Assembly: GCA_951406725.2 (NCBI GenBank)
Contig: OX597823.1
Span: 65,162,001 to 65,226,000 of the forward strand
Reading direction: 5' to 3'
DNA from: Octopus vulgaris
Taxonomy: Eukaryota
DNA length: 64,000 bases
The position numbers were made by a program, and so were the translations under genes. Each line of letters begins with the position of its first letter. The first letter of the stretch is position 1. Positions 1 to 11,269 of the stretch are shown here, one piece after another. The notes under the pieces are model-generated. The model searched no databases and was not told where the DNA came from. It saw only the letters and a list, made by a program, of their open reading frames with translations.

Positions 1-181
1 GAAAATAATCATAACTTGGAGCTTTATATACGCAGATGTGTGTATTTATATATCTAGGTATCTATGTATAATATATAATAGGCTTCTCATAAACCAATTT
101 TTAATGTTATAGACATCTAAATTCCTAGTTCATGCGAAAATGCAAATCAAACACATCTGTTGATGAGACCCAGACGATGTA

Positions 182-1414
182 CAGGGTGAGGTAGAGAGGA
201 CGGACGTGTTTGAAATGGCTATTACTCAACCCCAGGCAGGGGGACATGTACCGGTCGGTCTGTGCTGCTTTAGCATTTCTTATCTTTTCAGGTGAAACCA
301 TGGCGTTGTGGACAATAAAACATCGAGTGTTTGCCTATAAGAGTTACTTGTAGAATAACGAGTCACAGCAGTACAGCGTGAGTTTCGGCGTCACTTCAAC
401 GTTCACCGATATCAAGCTGTTCCTACCCATAGTCTTACGTCGGGCGAATGCGCTTCGTACGCTAATGACTAGGAAACTGGTTGGGGTGCCACGAACGGTA
501 CGGACCCTTGAGAATGTTGAACGCGTCAGATAAGCTTTGATACGCTGACCGAATCGCTCTGCTCGTAGGCATTCCACTGAACTTGGCATCGGTAATCGAT
601 CGGTAAAGCGTATTTTGCATTTCCACTCATACATATTGGTCATTGGGTAACAGTTGAAATCATGGGACTATGCACAGCGGTTCAACTTCGCACGTCAGAT
701 GGAAGAAATTTTTGAGGCAAATAACAACCTCATTTTGTTAATGAGTGATGAAGCTCATTTTCATCCCAATGGAATGGTAAATCAACAGAATTATTGTTAT
801 TAGGCTCTTGAAAATCAGAGAGAACTCAAAAGTGATGGTCTGATGTACTGTTGGAAAAGCTGCTGTCATTGGTCCTTACTTTTTTGAAGACAATACTGTA
901 AATGCTGTTAATGTGAACTATGGGCGTTACATCGAGATGATAACTTCTTTGTGCCTGAATAACGACGAAAACATATGCCTATTCGACGTGTGTGATTTCG
1001 GCAGAGCATCAATGGACTTTCTTCGCCCTCTCTTCGTTGACCGCCTCGTTTCCAGGTTTGCTCATTTCCTTGGCCCCCTAGGTCCCCTGATTTGTCTATG
1101 ATTATTTCTTGTAGGTAAACCTCAGGGCCCTTGTATATGCGCATAAGACCCATACATTTGTCGATTTGAAGGAAGTTATTCACCTGGAAATCGTCCAAAT
1201 TTACAGAGCAATGCTGGAGAGAGAGTGGAGGCCATCTTTCAAGAACACCTTAAGAAATGCAACAATGAAAACGGACACCACATGATGGATGTTATTTTCA
1301 ACACTTGATTTTGACAATTGCTACTTCAATACGAACACATGAAAATTTGTTTGCATCTAAAATTAATGATTTTGTGAACTTATCAAAAACATCCGTCCTC
1401 TCTGCCCCACCCGG
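182..1414 (+). mobile_element. Degenerate Tc1/mariner DNA transposon, rosa-like (DD41D-type), about 1.23 kb
   Basis: Imperfect TIRs CAGGGTGAGGTAGAGAGGACGGACGTGTTTGA (182-) and the reverse complement of the right end, CCGGGTGGGGCAGAGAGGACGGATGTTTTTGA, flanked by TA on both sides; internal transposase remnants. Confidence 0.88.
300..1290 (+). pseudogene. Disrupted transposase of the rosa-like element
   Basis: Manual translation gives MALWTIKHRVFAY..AVQREFRRHF..RTVRTLENVERVR..MSDEAHFHPNGMVNQQN..VIGPYFFE..GRYIEMI..WPPRSPDL, with several stops and frameshifts. Confidence 0.85.
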
Positions 1415-1954
1415 TATTTATATTTGCAACGAAGCACCCAATTACAGAGGATTCAGTTTGTTGCAGTTTCTTTATCAAATAAATGATAATCTTAGTGCTT
1501 AAATTACTTTGGTATTTAGGAGTTCTACAAAATGTTCGGTGTCAAATTACGTTTCTTAATGTTCAGATTTAAAATTTCACTGCAATTTAAAATTTCACAA
1601 ATTTAATATAATTGTTACTTCGTCTTGGAATAACTAGTTTGATCGTGCAAGAAAAAAAGTGTCTTCAACCGTTGTGGTGTAATTAAAATTATAATAAAGA
1701 ATTGGTGCATATCGACTTGCTGGCAATCACTTCAATTTCTTTTCATTGTGTCTTCTGTAGCTAACAGGGTTAAAGGAGTTGACCTAAATACATGTCTAAT
1801 ATTAGTTTTATTAACTCCACTATGATAACAGTAAAAACGACGTAGATCAAACACATCCACTCATTCCTAATTTGAGAACATTCTCTGCGCAATGGGTAAA
1901 CTAAGAAAACGGTTATGATGAAAGTAATTAAGTAAAATAACCATAATAATAATG

Positions 1955-2208
1955 ATTTCAAATTTTGGCGCACGGCCAGCAATTTCGGTTGAGTTCTGAT
2001 TATCAAAAGTGGCTCACTTGCCACCGTGCAATCATCGCATCACAATGGCTGTGATATACGGCCGTCTCCGATCGACTTTTAGGCATTTTATCAACCCCGA
2101 GTGGATGAAACGTAAAGTCGACTTCGGCGGAATTTGAACTCAGAACGTGAAGATAGACGAAATGCCGCAAAGCATCTTTCCCGGCGTGCTAACGATCCTG
2201 GCAGTTAC
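1955..2208 (-). mobile_element. tRNA-derived SINE family B (Meta/MESC-like central domain), degenerate
   Basis: Reverse complement matches the copies at 44682 and 46892: GTTAGCACGCCGG..GTTCTGAGTTCAAATTCCGCCGAAGTCGACTTT..TTTCATCC..CGGGGTTGATAAAA. Confidence 0.75.
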
Positions 2209-4424
2209 CATTGCAATGCTTTGAATCCTGTACTGCGTACTAGTCCAGGACACCAAGCCTTCTAAAGTGAATGTAATCAAGCTGTAGTTAGTACAACAGG
2301 GCTAGGTGAGCCGTTTAATACCGAAATTACCAGAAGTGTTTATGAGTGCTCGACTTGCATGAAATAACAGTCAAATCTCAAACTATACAATGCTGTTTTA
2401 AAGGCACATTAGATAATATAGATCGGGATGCAGTAGTTCTGAAAAGAAAGAAGAAAACAGGTTCTCAGGTCTGAATAACTTTGATTATAGCTTTACTGAC
2501 TAGCTTCTTCTATGTTTACAGTAAATTGTAACTGTTCGTATATGTATATATAAGATTGTTGAATTAATCTTCATTAATGATTACATATTCACACGTTCTA
2601 AAAATATATGTAGAAAATAGTAAACATGTGGTTCACTTGATAATAGATTAGTAGAGGCACGATTTATCAAGCTGGTAGCATTGGCTTATATTTAGTTAGA
2701 GACTTCTATTGAATCAAGTGTCTTTTTGCCGTCTCCACTTATCTTCATAGCTTGTATACTAGTTATACAAGCAAATGATTCATTTTAACAGAATCCCAAA
2801 CCCCAGTAACATCCAAAGTAATTGATTGACAAATATACTTGGGAGATAACTTTGAATATTCAGAAATCTTACTTTATTCTGCATCTAAATTATTGAACAC
2901 GACTTGCAGCAAAGGAATCCGCCACATTGGCATCACAACCAGTGTCTTATATTCGAAAGACACACATAGGTGCTGTATCTCCTCCCACCCTATCAGTACC
3001 TAACTGGCTTCAAAAGAGATGAAATTATTGATTGAAACAAATACACGTTACAACTATCTCGGAAACATATTGATGTTTACGTTGCTGAAAAGTTCACGTA
3101 AACCTAAGCACTAAATGGCCTTGCTGCAAAGATAACTGTATGTACTACAAACTCTAGCATCTACCAGCGACACCGGTGTAATCTTTAAATCATTGCAATT
3201 AGCAGGGTGTTGAACCTCTCCACCGATTTGCTTGTGCTGTGTAGATAATAAACGGGCTTATGTTAAAAAGCTTTATTTCATTGTCGTTTTCATCAAAATT
3301 GTATTCCATCGTCGTTACTCTGTTATCCCTGGAGGAAGTTTCCTTTTCAAACTTGGCTATTTTGTTAAAGCCATAACTGTCTCCTTAGAATTCCTGTAAA
3401 TGGAGAGGACGACGTGGTACCTTGCAGAAAATAAATACAGATGGATATAGAGGATTAAGGCAAAGCAAAGCTTTTACAGCTGCGAGAAATCAAGCCATTA
3501 CAAGTCAATGATAAAGAGGTTTGTACTCGGATAAGATCATCTGACAAATCAATGTTTTATATTTCTATCAAATCTTTCCTGCAGCAGCAGATCAATCGTT
3601 TTGCATTTATGCTGAAACAAGCGTTGGAGTGGAAGGGTTAGTTAATGGTGCTCCAGTGTGTGTGTGGGGGGATCAATCTCAGGCGGAGGGAAGATGATTG
3701 ATGGAAAAATGCGCTTGGACATCTCCATTACATTTTTGTGCTCATCTCTGTGTTTAGTAAATAGCAGTTCATCGTAGGCATAATTCACCTTTAGGCCGTG
3801 ATTTTATAGTTACTTCATGAGTTATTTAGAGATAGTATCTGCACTAGATCGCCGTTAATACCATAACCGTCAAAATATCAAACATTTAACTTAGCTGACA
3901 GACCTCTAGCAACACTTAATTGTTAAAACGAAGATTTTGAAATAGAACGGATCCCTCATCTGAACCCACGACGCAAAACGTTATCTGTCGAAATAGCAGA
4001 TGCAATGCTTGATGGGAAGATATATAGAAAGGAGTCTGAATTTTAGAATAATTGACAATTTAATGTGTTAGACCCATTTAAAAGTATTAGCTTCGTCTAG
4101 CTTGAGAACGACCTTTGGATTATATTTACAGTTGAAGTAATTAGAGACGGTGTGCAGAGCTGCCTTATCTCAGCAAACATACTGTCACCTATGTTAATAG
4201 GCAAAAGGTCAGAAGGAACTCTCACGTGTGTTTAAAATAGTTTTAGCTTAACGAAAGTGATAAATAAGCAACCACAAGAGGTCAAAAGTCAGCGTTTGGC
4301 TTGACAAAGTTAAACGAAATAACTCTGAAGAGAAATTGTTTGAGATTAGGTGAGGCTGACCGACTAATTATTACGAAGATAAATTATCTAAATGTGGACA
4401 ACATATCATGTATGCTTTCCTTGA

Positions 4425-4640
4425 CTTAGTGGGTAGTGTACTGTACTCATGGTGGTAAGAGTGTGATTTCGATTCCTGAACCAGGCGAGTTGTGTTCTTA
4501 AGCAAAACACTTCCTCTCAGTTCACACGGCTGGTAAAAATGAGTAATCTTGTGATGAACCGGCGTCCAAGTGGAGAAATATATACATCACAGAATCCAGG
4601 AAACCAGCCTTATGAGCCTATGGCTCGGGAAGGAGCTTCC
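4425..4640 (+). mobile_element. Degenerate tRNA-derived SINE (CORE/V-SINE-like)
   Basis: A-box-like GACTTAGTGGGTAG, B-box-like TTTCGATTCCT, core-like TTCTTAAGCAAAACACTT, and tail ..TATGAGCCTATGGCTCGGGAAGGAGCTT. Confidence 0.55.
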
Positions 4641-4879
4641 ATTCTATTTTGTGGGGAGGGACAAAAGAAAGAAATATCTTTGCTATATTGCAGTCTAAGA
4701 CCCTAACAATTATTTCCAAGCCATTGAGAAAGAAAAAAGATATTGCTTCTTTTACGCTTATTAATACGAATGATGTAAGCTACCGATTGGAAGAATGTGA
4801 CCCTTTAAAAAGAGGTGATACATCAAAATGCTTCCATTACGAATGTACAACTGAATTCCAGAAAGTATTATTCTTTTCA

Positions 4880-5290
4880 TTTATTCTTTTACTTATTTCA
4901 GTCATGGACCTTGGCCATGCTGGGGCACCGCTTTGAACGGTTTTAGTGGAAGAAATCGACCTCAAGATTTATTCTTTGTAAGCCTAGCAATTATTCTCTC
5001 GGTATCTTTTGCCGAACTGCGAAGTTACGGGGACATAAACACACCAGCATCGGATCGGTTGTCAAGCGGTGGCAGGGGATGAACAGACACTGACAGGCAG
5101 ACGGACACACACACACACACACGCATATACGAAGGGCTTCTTTCAGTTTCTGCCTACCAAATCGACTGACAAGGCTTTGGTCAGTCTGAGGTTATAGGAG
5201 AATACACTTGCCCAAGGTTGTGCGTAGTGAGACTGAACACAGAACCATGTGGTTGAGAAGCAAGCTTCTTATCACACAACCACGTTCCTT
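4880..5290 (-). mobile_element. tRNA-derived SINE family A (CORE-like), near full length
   Basis: Reverse complement aligns with 30316-30695 (GTGTGATAAGAAGCTTGCT..CCTTGGGCAAGTGT..GGTGCCCCAGCATGGCC..ATGACTGAAA). Confidence 0.85.
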
Positions 5291-5489
5291 TATGTAATAT
5301 TCATTTAGTATCAACGTTTATAAATTAACTCGTGTGCTTGGGTGTCATTCTTAGTGTAGGATCTAAATAAATAGTGATAATTTTTTACATTGTTTTGTGA
5401 GAGAAAAATTAATTGTTGATTAGGGATGTATACTGTGTATATAGCAGGGAAGCGATTAAACCAACATTTGCACGAAACATTAATATAGG

Positions 5490-5702
5490 TTTCAAATATT
5501 AGCACAAGACCAGCAATTTTAGTGGAGTGGGTAAGTCGATTACATCGACTCCAGTGCTCAACTGGTACTTATTTTATCGACTCCGAAAAGGATGAAAGGC
5601 AAAGTCGACCTTGGCAGAATTTGAAATCAGAACATGAAGATGAACGAAATGTTGCTAATTACTTTGCCAGACGTTCTAACAATTCTAAAAGCTTGCCGCC
5701 TT
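5490..5702 (-). mobile_element. SINE family B copy
   Basis: Reverse complement: GGCGGCAAGC..GTCGACTTTGCCTTTCATCCTTTTCGGAGTCGATAAAATAAGTACCAGTTGAGCACTGGAGTCGATGTAATCGACTT. Confidence 0.8.
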
Positions 5703-6694
5703 CAATGGCACATTGTTATTGTCGAGTAAAAGTCCCTGAATAATTAAGCAACTTGAATAATTAAGCAACTTGAACATTTTCTGTCTAAAGTAGTTGTTGA
5801 ATCGAAACGATTAATGAGGAACTAGGTTCAAGATCTATCCGTAAACACACTTCATTAAAAATTTGGTCTCTTTTCTAATCATTTTCGTGTTCATATAATG
5901 GTAGGAAAGACAACGACGTTCAACAGATGTTTTGAACCACCAATGTTACATTTGATGTAATGGATGTCAGCGCCCCTAATAATGCGTGGCGGAGGGATTA
6001 TCGGGTGGAAACTTTTTACATGATGGTGGGGTCAGAGAAAAGAAGGCTTTCATTTTTGACCGCTTTATCGTCTGGTGAGACTCACGTACAACCAAAATAA
6101 AACTCACTTTGGCCTGAAAATTTCCTATTGACAGAGTAGCGCGAATATGATCATGGCACGAAGAAGAACACTCATTATATGGAGAAATATTAGTTGTGAC
6201 AAGACTACCATTACTTCGTAAACTAAGAATATATTGGAGCGCAAAATTTACCAAGGGAGTTGCTAACAATGTTGGTAAATATATGTTCAGGAAATACAAA
6301 AGTAAATATTTTACTTGCATTTGTAGTGAATGGATATGTTTTATTTGCGTTTGGATGTTTGAATATATTTTGTTGGATATATCATAGATTATGAATTGTA
6401 AACCAAGAGATATACAGAGTTAAAATGTACGGGTAACATCAGGAAAATAACGACTGATAAATGCATATTTATTATTTAATTATTTTAATCTCTAACCTAG
6501 ATATATAACGTAAGGAATACGAATCAATTTTAACAATTTAAAATGGATAGATCTAAAGAAATGATATATTGGGCAAAATAATACTTAAGATATATAGAGA
6601 TTTGTATATATTTTATATACTTGTAAAATTCAATTAATCCCAACAAACATCAATATTTGATTTCATTTATTAATTAATGGATTATTTAAATATA

Positions 6695-7977
6695 TTGGGT
6701 CGGCAACTAAGTTCCCGTCGTTTTTTTAATTAAAATATTTAAAAAGGTTTAATAAAAAAATAACAACTAATTAATCAATAATATATTCACTCTTGTTGTT
6801 TACAACTTCTTCCCAATGTTGAACAAGGTTTTCAATACCTCGTTGGTAGAAATCAACCGATTTCGACTCGAAAAATTGATCCTACAAGCTCTCAATTCTG
6901 CATCAGTATTGAACGAAACTCCACGCATAGCATTTGAAAGAGATCGAAAGAGGTGAAAATCCGTTGATGCCAAATCAGGAGAGTACGGCGGGTGGGGCAG
7001 CACTTCCCAGCCGTGCGTTTGAATGGCTTCCTTGGTCATATTGGTGATATAAGGGCGGGTGTTGTGCAGTAGAAGAACTCCATGCTGCCGATTAGGTCTT
7101 TTCTCTTGAATATCCGTGTTGAGTCGTTCCATCTGTTGAACATAGAGTTCCGCATTGACAGTTTGGTTCCGTTCAAGCAATTCGTAATGGATAATCCCTT
7201 CCCACCATATGCACAACATCATTTTACGAGGATGAAGATATTGCTTCACGCGCGGTGTCGCTTGTTTACCGGGGTTAAGCCATTCCTTAGGCTGCTTCAT
7301 AGTGATGCACAGGCATCATTTTTTATGGCCAGTAACGATTCGGTAAAAAAATTGTTGTTTGTGTCCATGAGTCGAGCAGTGACGAACAAGCAAACCAGCA
7401 GAGATTGTGTCTCGTTTGTTTTTGTTGTCACTTAAAGCATGTAGAACCCATGCTCCATACTTCTGATCCTTTCCCATCGAGTGAAGATGCTTCTCTATAG
7501 CAGTGTGAGAGTATTCCATTTTCTCTGCCCGGTCCCTTGACACTTGACGAGAATTTTCGTGCAAATGTTGGTTTTATTGCTCTTCATCGAACTCAACTGG
7601 ACAGGCAGAACGAGGCGCGTCTTTGAGGTCAAAATTTCCATTTTTGAACATGGTCTACTAACTACGAGCGGATCTTTCAACTATGACTCTCTCTCCATGC
7701 ACAGCACAAATGTTGTGAGCAGCTTTGGCGGCCTTAGAACCTTGATTAAAAGCAAAACGAAGGTGTCGAAAATGCTCGTTTTTCTTAACTTGGTATTCCA
7801 TTTTAATGTTCTGAAAATAAACAAAAATTAACTAAAATTAACTTTAAAAAAAAAATAGATTAAAAAATTATTGAAAAATAGAATTCTCGAAAACATAGAT
7901 TCCAAAATTTAAAAACTCAATAAATTCCAAAATTAAAAAAAAAAAACTAAACGGCGGGAACTTAGTTGGCAACCCGA
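6695..7977 (-). mobile_element. Full-length but inactivated mariner element (mellifera-subfamily-like), 1283 bp
   Basis: TIRs TTGGGTCGGCAACTAAGTTCCCGTCGTTT and (reverse complement) TCGGGTTGCCAACTAAGTTCCCGCCGTTT; TA at 6693-6694 and 7978-7979; typical mariner length. Confidence 0.93.
6780..7801 (-). pseudogene. Frameshifted mariner transposase
   Basis: MEYQVKKNEHFRH..FKNGNFDLKDAPRS..GAWVLHALS..RIVTG..MMLCIWW..IIHYELL..TVNAELY..WEVLPHPPYSPDLASTDFHLFRSL, spread across several frames with stops. Confidence 0.92.
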
Positions 7978-8721
7978 TATATGTGTCATGTTTCGGTACA
8001 GGGTTAGAAAGGAAACGAGGAAAATTGGTAACAGAATATTATTAAATCACGAAACTGCTTAAAAATAAATTCAGTCGAAATTATAGAGATGAAAAAATAT
8101 TTATAGAACTGTGAATATAAAAGCTCCTGGCTTTAAGGGTACCGCGAAAGGCGTGGTTGGAAGCTCAAACTTCGGGTTCCTTTACAGGGCTTAGATAAAA
8201 TGGAGGACCGCTGCAATAAGTATATGAATCTGAATGAGGAATATGTTGAATGAAATCAGAATTAATTGGCCATCCTCTATTATCTGTTACCCCAAGACCC
8301 CCCCTCATGCCATTGTGAGTGCACGCACATGCGCAATAGATAGCATCTAACATAATTTGTGTGTATATATAAGCGCTATACACACTTTATAACACTGTAC
8401 TCACGTGTTTGTGTGTATAATAGACGGTATCTAGCATGGAGTGCATATATCTGAAGTAGAGTATATGCAACATTTTGTATTTATATTTATATGGAAAATA
8501 CAGAACATATAACATATGTGGATGTATGGGACAATAAGAGTTTTGACTGTTATTTCAAGCAGGTTGACATACCTAGTATGTCCTTTGATTAATTTTAATC
8601 CCTCGGCTATTTAATGCTATTTTTGGCCTGCTATCGCCTGTGTCATTGATTCTGTTATTATCATTTTTAAAATTGTTACATTGGATAATAATAGAATTAA
8701 TGACACCTTCGTAAATTAATT

Positions 8722-8759
<38 letters not shown>

Positions 8760-8846
8760 CATACACATACATATATGTTCCACGTCATAGCGTTGTGTTT
8801 TCTCTTTGTTCATGTTTGGATTAACTATATATATATATATATATAT

Positions 8847-9306
8847 ATATTAATAGTTATCGCCAAACTAATATGGCAGTCCATAAATATAAGACTAAAG
8901 CTGTCGCTGATTAGCTCCAAGAGGCCATTGCCTCTAGCTAGCTATATGGCACACGAACCTGCGTCCATTACAACCTTCGAACAGGGGAGGTCAGCCGCTT
9001 CACCTTGCTGGTCAAACATCTGCAGACATGTTTCAGGGTTGTTGCCCTTTATCAATGCAGCGTAGTGAGACCCAGTAGGTGTCGCTACCGACCGTCTGTT
9101 CGAAGATTTTATTTACCTAGTTACAGTGGAATACATCCACTTGTTTTCAATAATAGAAATATTAAAATTACTAAGTCTCTCTAAAGGAGATTACGGCAGC
9201 GTTACTAGATATTAATAGTTATCGCCAAACTAATATGGCAGTCCATAAATATAAGACTAAAGCTGTTGCTGATTAGCTCCAAGAGGCCATCGCCTCTAGC
9301 TAGCTA
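8847..9306 (-). mobile_element. Retrozyme/Penelope pLTR-like non-autonomous element: 362-bp unit plus 98-bp terminal direct repeat, with an internal hammerhead motif
   Basis: 8847-8944 equals 9209-9306 with 2 mismatches; hammerhead-like motif at 9020-9060; 3' end in a (TA)n tract. Confidence 0.7.
9020..9060 (-). ncRNA. Minimal type-I hammerhead ribozyme candidate, U3-A8 variant
   Basis: Minus strand reads ctgca-TTGATAA-aggg caacaa ccct-GAA-ACATGT-C-tgcag: helix I ctgca/tgcag, helix II aggg/ccct, palindromic helix III ACATGT, GUC cleavage triplet. Confidence 0.72.
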
Positions 9307-9435
9307 AAAAGAGACCGATAGAATAAATACTGGGCTTACAAAAAGAATAAGTCCCGGGGTCGAGTTGCTCGACTAAAGGTGGTGCTCCAGCATGGCCGCA
9401 GTCAAATGACTGAAACAAGTAAAAGAATAAAAGAG
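9307..9435 (+). mobile_element. SINE family A, 3' portion only
   Basis: AAAAGAGACCGATAGAATAAATACTGGGCTTAC..GGTGCTCCAGCATGGCCGCAGTCAAATGACTGAAACAAGTAAAAG, nearly identical to 30570-30685. Confidence 0.88.
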
Positions 9436-10701
9436 TATATATAGCGTAGGATGCGTGTGGGTGCGCGATTGTATAAGCACGTGCGAGCATCGAAATAATT
9501 AAATCTTTTCGCTAATTACACGATAATGATGAATGCAGTTTACATTATGATTACACGATTTTCATGTTGACGTTGAAATAACAGATATAGAAAGTAAATT
9601 ACAAAATCGTTCGAATATCTGCCACAGATTTTGCGTTACTGGGGTCAATTCATCTGGTGTGCGCTTTCGGCAATTACTGTATTTATGTACCCTTTATTAT
9701 ATCTATAGTCCAAAACGACAGATGTTCTACTGTCATAGTTTCTGTTAAGTGCAAATTCAAAATGAATTATCTTTTAATGATTAGCTGGTTTATTAGAGAT
9801 ACTACAATTTGAGTGTCAATTAATGTTGGGATATGAACTGGTGACACACATAATCAGAAAGTCGGCATTCTATCAGCTAATTGTTATTCTTAGCTTTGTT
9901 AATTTCCTCGTGCTAAATTCGATTAGCGAAAGTTAGTATTGTTTATTGTTAACTTCCCAAAACACACAAACTAAATAACTCAGAATTTCTCACATGACTT
10001 GTGAAAAAATTATTAGAGGATTCAGCAATTCTATGTGGTACCTCAACTGGCTCGAAATGACAGCCAAATTTCTTTCACATCATATCCAACCATTGACATG
10101 AAGAACAGTGAACAGTCTGTATATAATATAATGGGATTGTTTAGGCCGCACCCAGAGAGAAACCAGCTTACTGATTGGTATCAAGTCATCCACACACACG
10201 CTCAAGCTCAGAACCTCACGTAAGCTGCCTTCTCTCTCTGCTGTTTCCATTGTTACTATAACAGACAGTGCCTTTCGAAGGCATTTCCACTCTAGTCATC
10301 TTATGACACATGGAGTAATAATTTCCAGGCGCTACACTAATTTTCGTTGCGTCTTGCAACATTTTCAATTGTCAAGTTTATTGAAAAGGTTGCAAGACGC
10401 AACGAAAGATTTAGGAAAATAAAAATAAGAAATGAGTGGAAATTTTACCAGTGGGTGTGTGAAATTATAAGGCACCAAAAAAAAAATTACTCTCCCCAGA
10501 CACAACAGTATACACACACACACACGCACACATACTCACACACACACACACACACATATATATGTATATATATATACACAAGAGTTTGTAACTCAATACA
10601 AATGATTTTATTTATAGAATTCGCGTCAAGACACTTCGCAGATAAAGATTCTTTCACTCTCTCTCTCACGCACTCTCTCTTCCTCTCTATCTGTCCATCA
10701 T

Positions 10702-10737
<36 letters not shown>

Positions 10738-10819
10738 ACGCGCGCACACACACTCACATATATATAAAGTGATAAATAGATGTGCCAAGTATGTGTGTGT
10801 GTAAATTTATGTATACCAT

Positions 10820-11040
10820 GGTCAATACAACGCGTAAGAAGAGAGCCGACGATGCATTGTACGGACTAGTTTAAGGAATCTTCGAGGAAGTATAAGGTCA
10901 GACCAGATCATCGGGACAGTACTAATACTGACAGGAGCATTGGGGGTTGTCGCAGTGTGTGAAAGAGGTTGGTATTCTGGAAATGAAGACAACTACAATC
11001 TTGTTCAAGAGAGCTAAAAGGAATGTACACGTTTGTTGCC
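10820..11040 (+). mobile_element. Possible relic of a LINE restriction-like endonuclease domain
   Basis: Contains ILTGALGVV, resembling the IIIGALG motif of restriction-like-endonuclease non-LTR elements; otherwise highly degenerate. Confidence 0.3.
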
Positions 11041-11229
11041 ATCATTACTAACGCTCCACCGTCACGTATATATCAACCACCCGCAACAGAGCTGGCGTAT
11101 CTTGGGTTGGACAGTTCAGCTACCAAAGATCTAACATTGAAAGAATTGGAAGTTGCCGGATTTCGACAGACAACTGAAGGAAATGTTTTCATAGAAAGTA
11201 TTTTAAATCTCTCTCTCTCTCTCTCTCTC

Positions 11230-11269
<40 letters not shown>

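Noticed and set aside
3200-3420. Minus-strand open stretch GDSYGFNKIAKFEKE.. near AG acceptors
   Set aside because: An in-frame stop follows the acceptor directly and there is no recognisable homology.
4649-4936. ORF with FTLINTNDVSYRLEE as a possible upstream CFAP65 exon
   Set aside because: Lacks the expected CLNP/FSP motifs and splice sites, and runs into a SINE.
5976-6387. Overlapping ORFs on both strands
   Set aside because: No recognisable motif; possibly decayed retroelement sequence but not assignable.
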